A DNA stretch of 64,000 nucleotides from Corallococcus coralloides (GTDB lineage Bacteria; Myxococcota; Myxococcia; Myxococcales; Myxococcaceae): NCBI RefSeq assembly GCF_004104415.1, contig NZ_CP034669.1. One strand, 5' to 3'. The notes under the pieces were generated by a model. The model was not told where the DNA came from and ran no database searches. It saw nothing but the letters and a program-made list of their open reading frames with translations. Positions 26,739 to 36,508 of this stretch are shown here, piece by piece (within the stretch, counting starts at the first letter, position 1; every line of letters starts with the position of its first letter). Both the position numbers and the translations under genes were made by a program.

Positions 26739-27575
26739 TCAGAGATGCGCGGAGATCCAGCCGGAGATGTCCTGGAACACCGTCGCGCGGTCCCGCTCGT
26801 TGAGCGGCTCGTGCCGCATGCCGGGGTACTCCTTGAACTTCTTGTCCGCCGTCCCCGCCGCCTCGAAGAAGGACCGCGCCGCCGCCGGCAGCGCCACCCC
26901 GTCCTCCTGGCCGCACAGCACGAACAGCGGCACTTGAATCTTCGGCGCCAGCGCGAGCGTCTGCGCCTGGGCGGCCGTGGACTCCACGAACCAGCGGGGC
27001 GTGGCGAAGGGCACGTAGAGCGGGTCTGCCCCGACCGCCTTCTGGATGTCCGGGTCGGTGCTGAGCATGTCCGGGGCCAGGCCCGAGGGGACCTTCATCC
27101 ACGGCACCAGGGTGCCCACCATGCGCGCGGCGAGCACCTTCGCGGCCGGCGGAGTGATGGCGAGCTTGAGGTAGGGCGCGGAGAGGATGGCGCCGGAGAG
27201 GCCCTCCAGCCTCCCGGCCAGGGCGTGCGCGGCCATCAGGCCGCCGTGGCTGTGGGCGAGCAGGAAGATCTTCTCGTTGCCCGCGGCCTTGCGCACGCGC
27301 TGCCAGAAGCCGTCCAGGTCGTCGAGGAACTCGGTCCACTTCGCGGCGTAGGCGCGCCGGCCGTCCGCGCGGCCGTGGCCCCGGTAGTCGAAGCCGTGCA
27401 CGGCGAAGCCGTCCTGCACCAGCGCGTCGATGACGGGCCGGTAGCGGCCGATGTGGTCGCCGTAGCCGTGGACGATGGCCACGTGCGCGCGGGGGGCCGC
27501 GTCCGGCAGGTCGAGCGTCCAGAACAGCCGGGTGTTGTCCTTCCCGGTGAAGAAGCCTTCGTCGTGGCGGGCCAT
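26739..27575 (-). CDS. Alpha/beta hydrolase (lysophospholipase/monoacylglycerol lipase family)
   Basis: The 278-aa ORF has HGYGDH (oxyanion region), the nucleophile elbow LLAHSHGGL, and later D and H residues (GQEDGV...MRHEP). Confidence 0.8.
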   Translation of the reverse strand: MARHDEGFFTGKDNTRLFWTLDLPDAAPRAHVAIVHGYGDHIGRYRPVIDALVQDGFAVHGFDYRGHGRADGRRAYAAKWTEFLDDLDGFWQRVRKAAGNEKIFLLAHSHGGLMAAHALAGRLEGLSGAILSAPYLKLAITPPAAKVLAARMVGTLVPWMKVPSGLAPDMLSTDPDIQKAVGADPLYVPFATPRWFVESTAAQAQTLALAPKIQVPLFVLCGQEDGVALPAAARSFFEAAGTADKKFKEYPGMRHEPLNERDRATVFQDISGWISAHL

Positions 27576-27587
27576 GAGCCCGGGACC

Positions 27588-29438
27588 TTAGCGGCCCGGC
27601 GCGGTCGAGGGTAGCGCCTTCAACTTGCGCTCCAGGGTGATGCGCTGGTCCGCGGGCTCGGCGGCCTCCGGCTCCAGCGTCAGCACCTCCAGCGCGCGCT
27701 CCCAGGTCCGGACGGCCTCCGGGGCGCGGCCCGCCTTGAGGTACGCGTCCCCCAGGTGCTCCAGGATGGCGGGGTCGTCCGGGGACAGCTCCACCGCGCG
27801 CTCCAGGACCTCCACGGCCTTCTTCGCGTCGCCGCGCTGGAAGAGCACCCACCCCAGCGAATCCACGTAGGCGCCGTTGTCCGGCCGGAGCGCCAGCGCG
27901 CGGCGCACCAGCCGCTCCGCCTCGTCCAGGTCCCGGCCCCGCTGCGCCATCACGTAGCCCATGAAGTTCAGCGCGGCGGAGTGGTCCGGCTTCAGCGCGA
28001 GCACCGCCCGCATGCGCGACAGCGCCCCCGGTACATCCCCCTGGCGCTCCAGCAGGGTGGCCAGGGCGAACTGCAGGTCCTGGTTCCTCGGCGCCTTCGC
28101 GACGGCGGCCCTCAAGAGCGCGAGCGCCTCCGGAGCCCGGCCCTGGCGCTCCAGCAGCGTGGCCAGCGCGTCGTACGCCAGCACCCCGCCCTCCCCCGCC
28201 AGCGCCTCGCGCAGCAGGCCTTCCGCTCGCGCGGCGTCCCCGCTCCGCTCCAGCGCCCGGGCATAGCCGATGCGCACCTCCACGTCGTCAGGCGCTTCCG
28301 ACATGGCCGCCCGGTAGAGCGCCAGCGCGCGCGGGTGGTCTCCCATGAGCGACAGGCAGCGGGCCTGGCGCACGCGGGCGTCGGGGAACACCTCCGAGTC
28401 CGGAGACACGCCCGCGAAGTCCGCGGCGGCGACGGAGAAGCGGCGGGTGCGCTCCGCGACGAGGCCGGCGTAGTACGCCAGCCGGGGCTCGTCCGGCGCG
28501 TCCTTGCGCGCGGCGTCCAGCACCTCCTTCGCGGCAGCCGGCTCTCCGGAGGCCAGGTAGCTGAAGGCCACGCGCACGGCCAGCTCCGGCGACGCGGAGA
28601 GCGACAGCAGCCGGTCGAAGTACGCCCGCGCCCGGGTCGCGGATCCACCCTTCAGCGCGGCACGGCCCGCGGACAGCAGCACCTCCCGGCTGTCCGGATC
28701 CGCCTCCAGCGCGCGGGCCAGCGCGTCCTCCGCCTCCTTCGGCCGGCCGGAGCTCTCGTAGAGCCGGGCCAGCGTGGACCACACCTCCACGTCGCCCGGG
28801 TCGCGCTCGGAGGCCTTCGCGAGCAGGCGCTCGGCGCGGGTCGCGTCGCCGCGCTCGGCCAGGACGAGCCCCAGCCGCCGGTAGCCAGAGGCCTCTCCCG
28901 GCAGCGCGTGGGCCAGCGACTCCACCACCTTCACCGCCTCGTCGGGGGCCTTCGCGTCCAGGTACAGCTGCGACAGGACGAGGTACGCCTCCGGCTCGCG
29001 CGGACGCAGGGCCACCGCGCGGCGCAGGTGCTGCTTCGCGCGCGCCGTGCGGCCGGACTCCAGCAACACCCGGCCCAGGAGCACGTGGGCGGCGTAGTGC
29101 GTGGGGGCCTTCTCCACGGCCCGGCGCAGCTCGCGCTCGGCGCGCCCCAGGTCGCCCAGGCGCGCGTACTCCTCGCCCAGCTGGGTGAGCAGGGTCGGGT
29201 TGCCGTCGTCGGTGGCGAGCGCCAGCCGCAGCTCGTCCACCGAGGCCCGGTGGTTGCCCTCCAGGTGCAGCAGCCGCGCCTGGAGGTAGTGCGCGTAGCT
29301 GGCGGACGACGCGGACGGCTCGTCGTCGCGGCTGCTCGCGTCCATGGCCTCGCGCATCGCCTCGCGGTCGACGTGCGGGGCCGGGGCCTTCCTCGCGGGC
29401 GCGGCCCCCGAACCTCCGGCGGCCAGCGCGAGGCACAT
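27588..29438 (-). CDS. TPR-repeat protein with a probable signal peptide
   Basis: It was trimmed to the ATG at 29438 (MCLALAAGGSGAAP...). At least 12 TPR-like 34-aa repeats follow (AHVLLGRVLLESGRTARAKQHLRRAVAL...). The 5' part of the track ORF is Arg/Gly-rich junk. Confidence 0.7.
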   Translation of the reverse strand: MCLALAAGGSGAAPARKAPAPHVDREAMREAMDASSRDDEPSASSASYAHYLQARLLHLEGNHRASVDELRLALATDDGNPTLLTQLGEEYARLGDLGRAERELRRAVEKAPTHYAAHVLLGRVLLESGRTARAKQHLRRAVALRPREPEAYLVLSQLYLDAKAPDEAVKVVESLAHALPGEASGYRRLGLVLAERGDATRAERLLAKASERDPGDVEVWSTLARLYESSGRPKEAEDALARALEADPDSREVLLSAGRAALKGGSATRARAYFDRLLSLSASPELAVRVAFSYLASGEPAAAKEVLDAARKDAPDEPRLAYYAGLVAERTRRFSVAAADFAGVSPDSEVFPDARVRQARCLSLMGDHPRALALYRAAMSEAPDDVEVRIGYARALERSGDAARAEGLLREALAGEGGVLAYDALATLLERQGRAPEALALLRAAVAKAPRNQDLQFALATLLERQGDVPGALSRMRAVLALKPDHSAALNFMGYVMAQRGRDLDEAERLVRRALALRPDNGAYVDSLGWVLFQRGDAKKAVEVLERAVELSPDDPAILEHLGDAYLKAGRAPEAVRTWERALEVLTLEPEAAEPADQRITLERKLKALPSTAPGR

Positions 29439-29479
29439 CACGGCGGCGCGGCTGAGGAGCGGGAGGGGGCGCACGCGGG

Positions 29480-31993
29480 CTAGTGGACCTCGGGCGGGGG
29501 CGCCCCCAGCTTCTCCAGCAGCTTCTCCACCGGGTCGCTGTCCTGGCTGACGTCCGCCATGGCGGCCCGGTACTCGATGGAGGTCACCTGCTCCACGTCC
29601 GGCATCAGGCGGTTGATGACCGTGCGCGCCGCGTCCGCGTTGCACTCGGGCAGCACCACCGCGAAGACGCCCAGCCCCAGGTGGGCGATGGAGTCCGGGT
29701 GGCGCACGCGCTTGCGCATCACCTCCGCCATGTTGGGCGGCATGACGTCCAGCTCGCGGTCCGGACGCAGCACCGCCAGCGTGAGGGCGCGGTGGTAGCG
29801 CCGGCTGCGGGCCACCTCCTGCTCCAAGCGCAGGAGCAGGCCGCGGCGGTCGAGCAGGCCCGTCACGGGGTCGCTGCCCGTGCGGCGCTGGAGCGAGTTC
29901 GTCTTGTCCTGCTGATCCTTGTCACCCTGGCGCAGCTTGAGCGCGCGCTCGGTGCGGTTGAGCAGCTCCACCGCGTTGAAGGGCTTGGCCATGTAGTCCA
30001 CCGCGCCCAGGTTGAGCGCGCGGACCTTGTCGGCCACGCCCTGGTGGGCGGACAGGAGGATGACGGGGATGTGCGCCGTGTCCGACGAGGACTTGAGCGC
30101 CATGGCCGCGTCCAGGCCGTCCAGCTTGGGAAGGAACACGTCCATCACCACCAGGTCCGGCCGGGACGCACGCGCCTTCGCCAGGCCCTCCGCGCCGTCG
30201 CGCGCCACCTCCACGCGGTACTTCGAGCGCAGCACCTCCGACAGCACCGCCGCGATTTCGGGCTCGTCCTCCACCACCAGCACGCGCGGCTGCTCGGGCG
30301 CGGCGCCGGGCGCGGGCTGCGGCCGGGGGTTGCGCGCGGCCTCCTGCGCCAGGGGCAGCGTGAAGACGAAGGTGCAGCCGCCGTCGGCCGGGCTCTCCGC
30401 CCAGATCTCACCGCCGTGCAGCTCCACGAACTCCTTGCAGATGGCCAGCCCCAGCCCCGTGCCCTTGGGCCCGTGGCGGTAGCGGTCGAAGACGAGGTGC
30501 AGCTCGTCCGGCGGGATGCCCACGCCGTTGTCGCTCACCATCACCCGCACCGCGTCGCCGTCCGGCCGCGACAGGCGCTGCGTGCGCACCACCACCGCGC
30601 CCGGGTCGCTGGCGTGCTGGATGGCGTTGCTGATGAGGTTCTGCAGCACCTCGTGCAGCTTCACCTCGTCGCCAATCAGCATCAGGCTGTCGGGGCACTC
30701 GGAGCGCAGCGACACGGCCTTCTCCGCCGCCAGGATTTCGAGCTCCGCCACGGCGTCGCGGCACAGCTGCGCCACGTCCAGCACGCGGGGCTCGATGGAG
30801 AGGCGCGCCGCCTCGCCCTTGCCCTTCTCCAGCAGGGACTCGACCAGGGTGAGGATCTTCCGGCCCTGGCGGATCATCGCCTCCGCGGACTGCTTCTGCT
30901 GCGTCTCCAGCGGCCCTTCCAACAGCAGCCGGCCGTGGCCCAGGAGCACCTGGAGCGGCGCGCGCAGGTCGTGGCTGCACACCGCGATGATCTCATCCTT
31001 GAGGCGGTTGAGCTCCTTCAGGCGGCGGTTCGCGTCGTTGAGCTCGCGGTAGCGCTCCACGTACGCCAGCTCCAGGTCCTCGCGCTTCTTCTTCACCGCC
31101 GTGTGCAGGCGCGCGTTGCGGATGGAGTTGGCGAGCACGCCCGCCACCGCCTCCGCGAACTCCTGCTCGTCGCGCCCGATGGACGCCTCGCCCTTGGACA
31201 CGCGCAGGAAGAGCGCGCCCAACAGGTCGTCCTGGCAGATGAGCGGCTGCACCAGGATGGACTTCACGCCCTGCGGCAGCAGCGACGTGCGCACCTCCGC
31301 CATCAGCGGGTCGCGCTGCGCCTCTTCAATCAGGACGGGCTGCCGCGTCTCCAGCGCGCGGCGCAGCTCCGGGTAGCGCGCCACCTCGATGTCCAGCTGG
31401 ACGAGGCTGGGGTCCTCCTGCGTCGCGACGACCGTGGCCGTGCGCGCGTGGCTGCCCTCCACCAGCACCACGGAGCAGCGGTCCGTGCCCGTCACCTGGC
31501 CGACCTTCTCCACCGCGATGCGGAGGATCTCCTCCAGCTCCAGCGAGCTGGTGGCCGCCTGGGTGATTTCGAGCAGCATCCCCATGCGCATCCGGATGCG
31601 CTCCTCGCGCTCCTTGAGCCTCCACGCGCGCAGGGCGGACTCCAGCCGGGGCACCAGCTCATCCGCGCCGCGCACGAAGTCGTCCACCGCCAGCCGCTTG
31701 AAGGCCTCCGCCGAGCGCGCGCGGCCCTGATCCACCAGCACCGGCAGGCGCTGGAGCTTGTCCGTCTTGCGCACCGTCTCCAGCAGCTCCGCCGCCCGCT
31801 TGGCCGTCACGGCCAGGAGCACCACCTCCGGCTGGAGCTGATCCACCATCTCCGCCAGCCCGGTCTCCCGCTCCGTGGAGGCGCACTGGTAGCCACTCGC
31901 CGTGAGCCGCTCCACCAGCGCGTCACCCGCGGCCTTCGCCGCGAGCACCAGCACCCGCCCCCGCTGCTCAGACGACAACATCTCGATCCTCAC
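29480..31993 (-). CDS. Hybrid sensor histidine kinase/response regulator. Domain order is N-terminal receiver-like, GAF, HisKA, HATPase_c, REC, then a degenerate GGDEF-like C-terminal domain.
   Basis: HisKA H-box is IIAVCSHDLRAPL. HATPase regions are NLISNAIQH...DNGVGI...GTGLGLAICKEF. The REC domain has VLVVEDEPEIA...LVVMDVFLPKLDG...AVDYMAKPF. The C-terminal TGLLDRRGL...LAVLRPD...HLGLGVFAVVLPE aligns to a GGDEF domain but lacks D-x-D and GG[DE]EF. Confidence 0.85.
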   Translation of the reverse strand: MRIEMLSSEQRGRVLVLAAKAAGDALVERLTASGYQCASTERETGLAEMVDQLQPEVVLLAVTAKRAAELLETVRKTDKLQRLPVLVDQGRARSAEAFKRLAVDDFVRGADELVPRLESALRAWRLKEREERIRMRMGMLLEITQAATSSLELEEILRIAVEKVGQVTGTDRCSVVLVEGSHARTATVVATQEDPSLVQLDIEVARYPELRRALETRQPVLIEEAQRDPLMAEVRTSLLPQGVKSILVQPLICQDDLLGALFLRVSKGEASIGRDEQEFAEAVAGVLANSIRNARLHTAVKKKREDLELAYVERYRELNDANRRLKELNRLKDEIIAVCSHDLRAPLQVLLGHGRLLLEGPLETQQKQSAEAMIRQGRKILTLVESLLEKGKGEAARLSIEPRVLDVAQLCRDAVAELEILAAEKAVSLRSECPDSLMLIGDEVKLHEVLQNLISNAIQHASDPGAVVVRTQRLSRPDGDAVRVMVSDNGVGIPPDELHLVFDRYRHGPKGTGLGLAICKEFVELHGGEIWAESPADGGCTFVFTLPLAQEAARNPRPQPAPGAAPEQPRVLVVEDEPEIAAVLSEVLRSKYRVEVARDGAEGLAKARASRPDLVVMDVFLPKLDGLDAAMALKSSSDTAHIPVILLSAHQGVADKVRALNLGAVDYMAKPFNAVELLNRTERALKLRQGDKDQQDKTNSLQRRTGSDPVTGLLDRRGLLLRLEQEVARSRRYHRALTLAVLRPDRELDVMPPNMAEVMRKRVRHPDSIAHLGLGVFAVVLPECNADAARTVINRLMPDVEQVTSIEYRAAMADVSQDSDPVEKLLEKLGAPPPEVH

Positions 31994-32432
31994 GGCGCGC
32001 CTCCGCCCCGCCCAGACAGGGAACGACGTCGCGGAAACCCGTTGGGTGCGAAAGGGCTCATGGTCGATTCCGGATCATGCCGTCTAACCCGTCCGCGGGC
32101 CAGCGGATGAACGGGGCTCTCCTCAAGAGAGAGGGGTGGGAAAAGGCGCGCGACGTATACCCCGGACCGGTGTTCTTCCTCCGGAATCCCGCATGCGCGT
32201 GACGGTCCGATGACCGGAAACCGCTCGCCCACCTCATGTAGCGGTGGAATCCCACGAAAACAGTCTGGCTGTCACTTTCTTCCAATACCACCCTTGTCGG
32301 CCGGCCGGAGGCAGGGCGGGCGGGCAGGCGCCGGCAGGGTATTTCAGGGGTTCTCGCGATCAGGATTCCAGGGAAGGGCCTCGGGACGTGGCCCCGCCCG
32401 CTTCCCGAGGGAGCGCGGTAGAGTGCGAAACC
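31994..32432. promoter_or_regulatory. A 439-bp divergent intergenic region of comparatively low GC between the histidine kinase and lipoprotein genes. It is a probable bidirectional promoter/regulatory region.
   Basis: This is the longest non-coding gap in the window. It is AT-richer than the surrounding DNA and flanked by divergent starts at 31993 (-) and 32433 (+). Confidence 0.35.
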
Positions 32433-34004
32433 ATGCACTCCGTCCCTTCGCGCCCGTTCGCGGCGCGGGCCTTCCTGGCCACGCTGACCCTCTGTGCTTC
32501 CGTGTTCGCCGCCTGTGGTGGCGAGAAGCCGGCTCCCATCCCGGACCCGCCGACGGTGACGCTCACCGTGCCGCAGCCGAACACGGCGGCCCCGTCGCTG
32601 GCGGTGCGGGTCATCGTGTCCGGGTGTGACGCCGTGTCGCGGGTGGACATCTACGACCGGGACACGTTCCTGAAGACCGTGCCCTACACCAGCGGGTCCA
32701 TGGACTTCGAGCTGGCCTCGAATGAAATCAAGTACGACCGCGGGCTCGCCGTGAGCCTGTCGCTCAACGCGCGGGCGACGTGCTCGGACGGCCGGACGAA
32801 CTCGTCCCAGCCGCAGCCGGCCACGTTCCTGCCGGTGACGAAGGTCATCAAGGATCCGGACCCCAACGGCCAGGTGGTGACGGACTTCTTCACCGCCGAG
32901 GGCAGCGGCAACACCGCCGCCTTCATCGGGTGCGGCAACACCACGACCGGCAGCGGCACGCTCTACCGCGTGGACTCGACGGGCGTGGTGAGGAACACCC
33001 TGGAGATGCAGATCCCCTGCAGCGCGTCCACGGTCGTCACCGAACTGAATCCGACCAGCAACAAGCGCTGGGTGTGGACCCCGGGCGTCGGCGCGATCGC
33101 CGTGGACTCGAACTTCGTCGTCACGGGCAAGACGGCGCCGTCCTACGCGCTGAAGAACCTGTCCGTCATGAGCAACGGCGACGCGCTCGTGAGTGACGGT
33201 CCTTCCGTGTCGCGGCTCCAGCACACGGCGACGGGCGGCACCTTCCAGTGGACCTACCAGGGACTGTGGGCGCCCGTGGGGCCGGCGAAGCAGCGGGCCG
33301 AGCAGGTGCTCATCCCCATCGTGCGCGTGCCCCAGGAGTCGACCGGGCTCCTGGTGGAGCTGGTGGTGATCACGGTCGATGCGACCAAGACGGGGAGCAT
33401 TCCCGCTGTCAGTGAGCGCACCATCCTGCAGTTCACGGGCGCGGTGGAGCATCCCCCGCTCACCGCGTTCAACACCGACGGCTCGGTCATCTACATCTCG
33501 TTCCCCTTCAACAACAACCAGTCGCGCGTGCAGGCGTGCCTGACCGCCCAGAGCGGCTGCGAGGGCTCGGCGCACAAGTGGGATTCGCAATTCTTCCCCG
33601 TGGAGATCCAGGGCGTGTTCCCCTATGCGGCGGGCTCGCGGCTGGCCATCGTGGGCCTGCAGCGCGTCTGGTTCCTGGACAGCGAGAGCGGCCTCGTCGT
33701 CAACAAGGGCGGCACCTCCGTGGACGCGTCCGGCCAGCTGCAGATCCTCCAGGTCCAGATGGGCCGCGCCACCACCTCCGAGTTCTACATCCTGGCCGGC
33801 CCGGCCTCGGGGTCCTCCGGCCTGCCCACCATGCCCCAGGAGATCGTCGCGGTGGACTCCGCCGAACAGGGCGAGCTGTTCCGCTACGAGGTCTCCAGCA
33901 GCCTGTCCTGCTCCGTGGATGACAGCGGGCGGCTGTGGATGCGCCTGGGCAACAACCTGGTGCAGGCCCTCACGCTGCCCGAGTACCGCGCCGTCAAGAA
34001 GTGA
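32433..34004 (+). CDS. Secreted lipoprotein of unknown function (S/T/N/G-rich, beta-rich)
   Basis: It was trimmed to the ATG at 32433. The signal peptide plus lipobox is MHSVPSRPFAARAFLATLTLCASVFAACGG. The 523-aa product has an unusual composition for this genome, with many S, T, N, Q and V residues. Confidence 0.7.
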   Translation: MHSVPSRPFAARAFLATLTLCASVFAACGGEKPAPIPDPPTVTLTVPQPNTAAPSLAVRVIVSGCDAVSRVDIYDRDTFLKTVPYTSGSMDFELASNEIKYDRGLAVSLSLNARATCSDGRTNSSQPQPATFLPVTKVIKDPDPNGQVVTDFFTAEGSGNTAAFIGCGNTTTGSGTLYRVDSTGVVRNTLEMQIPCSASTVVTELNPTSNKRWVWTPGVGAIAVDSNFVVTGKTAPSYALKNLSVMSNGDALVSDGPSVSRLQHTATGGTFQWTYQGLWAPVGPAKQRAEQVLIPIVRVPQESTGLLVELVVITVDATKTGSIPAVSERTILQFTGAVEHPPLTAFNTDGSVIYISFPFNNNQSRVQACLTAQSGCEGSAHKWDSQFFPVEIQGVFPYAAGSRLAIVGLQRVWFLDSESGLVVNKGGTSVDASGQLQILQVQMGRATTSEFYILAGPASGSSGLPTMPQEIVAVDSAEQGELFRYEVSSSLSCSVDDSGRLWMRLGNNLVQALTLPEYRAVKK

Positions 34005-34013
34005 CGGCGGGCC

Positions 34014-34754
34014 TCAGGGCCTGTCGGCGACGAGGAGCGCCTCCACGTTGCCGGCGGGCCCGGGCACGGGCGAGTCCATCACCCCGCGCACGCTGAGCCC
34101 GTGCTCGCGCACGAAGGCCGTCACGGTGTCGATGGCGTCCTGCCGCGCCTCCGGGTCGCGCACCACGCCGCCCTTGCCCACGCGCTCCGGGCCCACCTCG
34201 AACTGGGGCTTCACCAGGGCGATGAGCAGGCCGCCCGGTGAGAGGAACGGCAGCACCGACGGCAGCACCTGGGTGAGCGAGATGAAGCTCACGTCGATGA
34301 CGACCACGCCCACCTTCTCCGGCAGGTCCTCGTCCGTGAGGTAGCGCGCGTTGACCCGCTCGCGGGAGCGCACGCGGGGGTCCACGCGCAGCTTCTCATG
34401 CAGCTGGCCGTAGCCCACGTCGATGGCGTGCACCCGCACCGCGCCGTGCTGGAGCAGGCAGTCGGTGAAGCCGCCGGTGCTGGCGCCGATGTCCGCGCCC
34501 ACGCGGCCCGTCACGTCCAGGCCGAAGCGGTCCATGGCCGCCTTCAGCTTGAGGCCGCCGCGCGACACGTACGGCAGCACCTCGCCCTTGAGGCGCAGCT
34601 CGGCCTCCACGGGCACCAGGGAGCCGGGCTTGTCCACGCGCTGATCCGCCACCACCACCTGGCCGGCGAGGATGAGCGCCTGGGCCTTGGTGCGCGACTC
34701 GGCGAGCCCGCGCTCCACCACCAGCACGTCCAGACGTTCCTTCTTCGGCTTCAC
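34014..34754 (-). CDS. tlyA: TlyA family rRNA (cytidine-2'-O)-methyltransferase
   Basis: An S4-like N-terminus (RLDVLVVERGLAESRTKAQALILAG) is followed by the FtsJ-like SAM motif DIGASTGGFTDCLLQHGA. Confidence 0.9.
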   Translation of the reverse strand: MKPKKERLDVLVVERGLAESRTKAQALILAGQVVVADQRVDKPGSLVPVEAELRLKGEVLPYVSRGGLKLKAAMDRFGLDVTGRVGADIGASTGGFTDCLLQHGAVRVHAIDVGYGQLHEKLRVDPRVRSRERVNARYLTDEDLPEKVGVVVIDVSFISLTQVLPSVLPFLSPGGLLIALVKPQFEVGPERVGKGGVVRDPEARQDAIDTVTAFVREHGLSVRGVMDSPVPGPAGNVEALLVADRP

Positions 34755-36508
34755 CGGCGCTCCTCTCCCAGCAGCGCACGGCCCGTTCTCCGCAGGCCCG
34801 CCGCGTCCAGTCCCAGCTGCGTGCGCTGCACCCGCGCGTCCCCGTGCGGCAGGAAGACGTCCGGCATGCCCAGCAGCGTCACCCGGGGGGACACGCCGGA
34901 GGCCGCATACAACTCCAGCACCGCGCTGCCCAGGCCGCCCCGGACGGTGCCCTCCTCCGCCACCACCACGTGCCCGCCCGCCGCGGCCTCCAGGAGCGCG
35001 GCCTCATCCAGGGGCCACGCCCGGCGCACGTCCAGCACGCTCCAGTCCGGCTCGGACCGGGCCGCCTCCAGCGCGGACAGGCCCAGCGGGCCCAGCGTCA
35101 CCAGCGTCAGCCGCGAGCCCGCCACGCGCTTCAGCCAGCGGGCGCCCGGCATGGACACCTCGGAGTCCGTTCGCGCCAGCTCCGGCGGGAGGTCCGGCAG
35201 CGTGCCACGCGGGAAGCGCAGCACGGAGGGCCCGGGGGCCTGGAGCGCGGTGGCGAGCATGGGCTCCAGGTCCTCGCCCACCATCGGGGCCCACTGCGTG
35301 AGGCCCGGCAGCGGCCGGAGGAAGGACACGTCGTAGGCGCCCTGGTGCGTGGCGCCGTCCGCGCCCACGAGCCCCGCCCGGTCCACCGCGAAGACGACGG
35401 GCAGCCCCGGCAGGCACACGTCGTGGACCACCTGGTCGTACGCGCGCTGGAGGAAGGTGGAGTAGATGACGCAGACCGGCTTCGCGCCCGCCGCGGCAAG
35501 CCCCGCGCAGAACGTCACCGCGTGCTGCTCCGCGATGCCCACGTCGTGCACGCGGTCCGGGAAGCGCGCCTTCAAGCCGGTGAGCGCGCTGCCCTCCAGC
35601 ATCGCGGGCGTCACGGCCACCACGCGCGGATCCCTCTCCAGCGCGTCACCCAATACCTGGGCGAAGGCCTCGCTGTACGTGGGCCGTCCCCCGCGCGAGC
35701 GCACCAGCTTGCCGTCGCGCCACTCGTACGGCCCCATCGCGTGGCCGCGCGTCTGCTCGTCCGCCTCCGCGGGCGGGAAGCCGCGCCCCTTCTTCGTCAG
35801 CGCGTGCACCACCACCGGGCGCGATGACGCCTTCGCCTCGCGCAGCGTCCGGGTGAGCGCGCCCAGGTCGTGCCCGTCCACCGGGCCCAGGTAGGTGAAG
35901 CCCAGCGACTCGAAGAAGGCACGGGCGTTGCGCGTGCGCAGGAGCGCGGGGATGGCGCCCACGTTCGCGCTGATGGACATCTGGTTGTCGTTGAGCACCA
36001 CCACGAGCGGCAGCGGGCTGCCCCCCGCGTTGTTGAGCCCCTCGAAGCTCAGGCCGCCGGTGAGCGCGCCGTCGCCCACCACCGCCACCACGTGGCCCGT
36101 GTGGCCCAGCTGCCTTCGCCCGGAGAGCAGGCCCAGCGCCGCGGAGATGGCCGTGCACGCATGCCCGGCCGCCAGCGCGTCATGGCGGCTCTCCCGCGGA
36201 TCCAGGAACGGCGCGATGCCGTCCGCCTGCCGCAGCGTGTGCATCCGGTCGCGCCGACCGGTGAGCAGCTTGTGCGCGTACGCCTGGTGCCCCACGTCGA
36301 AGAGGAGCGCATCCTGCGGCGTGTGGAAGACGCGGTGCAGGGCCACGATCAACTCGACCGCGCCCAGTGACGCGCCCAGGTGGCCCCCCACGCGTCCGCA
36401 CGTGGTGATGATGGCCTCACGCAGCGACTCACACAGGCCGGGCAGCGCGTCCTCGGGGAGCGCGCGCACATCCGCGGGAGACGCGACACCGGACAGCACG
36501 TCCGCCAT
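34751..36508 (-). CDS. dxs: 1-deoxy-D-xylulose-5-phosphate synthase
   Basis: The 585-aa ORF has the TPP-binding region GGHLGASLGAVELIVALHRVF...GHQAYAHKLLTGRR...GDGALTGG and a transketolase-like C-terminus. Its stop overlaps the tlyA start. Confidence 0.9.
   Translation of the reverse strand: MADVLSGVASPADVRALPEDALPGLCESLREAIITTCGRVGGHLGASLGAVELIVALHRVFHTPQDALLFDVGHQAYAHKLLTGRRDRMHTLRQADGIAPFLDPRESRHDALAAGHACTAISAALGLLSGRRQLGHTGHVVAVVGDGALTGGLSFEGLNNAGGSPLPLVVVLNDNQMSISANVGAIPALLRTRNARAFFESLGFTYLGPVDGHDLGALTRTLREAKASSRPVVVHALTKKGRGFPPAEADEQTRGHAMGPYEWRDGKLVRSRGGRPTYSEAFAQVLGDALERDPRVVAVTPAMLEGSALTGLKARFPDRVHDVGIAEQHAVTFCAGLAAAGAKPVCVIYSTFLQRAYDQVVHDVCLPGLPVVFAVDRAGLVGADGATHQGAYDVSFLRPLPGLTQWAPMVGEDLEPMLATALQAPGPSVLRFPRGTLPDLPPELARTDSEVSMPGARWLKRVAGSRLTLVTLGPLGLSALEAARSEPDWSVLDVRRAWPLDEAALLEAAAGGHVVVAEEGTVRGGLGSAVLELYAASGVSPRVTLLGMPDVFLPHGDARVQRTQLGLDAAGLRRTGRALLGEERR

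Noticed and set aside
27756-32110. Long plus-strand ORFs (27756-29483, 29483-32110) opposite the TPR and histidine kinase genes
   Set aside because: They are mirror frames of genes with unambiguous TPR, HisKA, HATPase and REC motifs. Their products are featureless and Arg-rich.
34005-34013. Possible terminator hairpin between convergent lipoprotein and tlyA genes (GGCCTCAGGGCC)
   Set aside because: There is only a 4-bp self-complementary GGCC stem and no U-tract. This is too weak to call.
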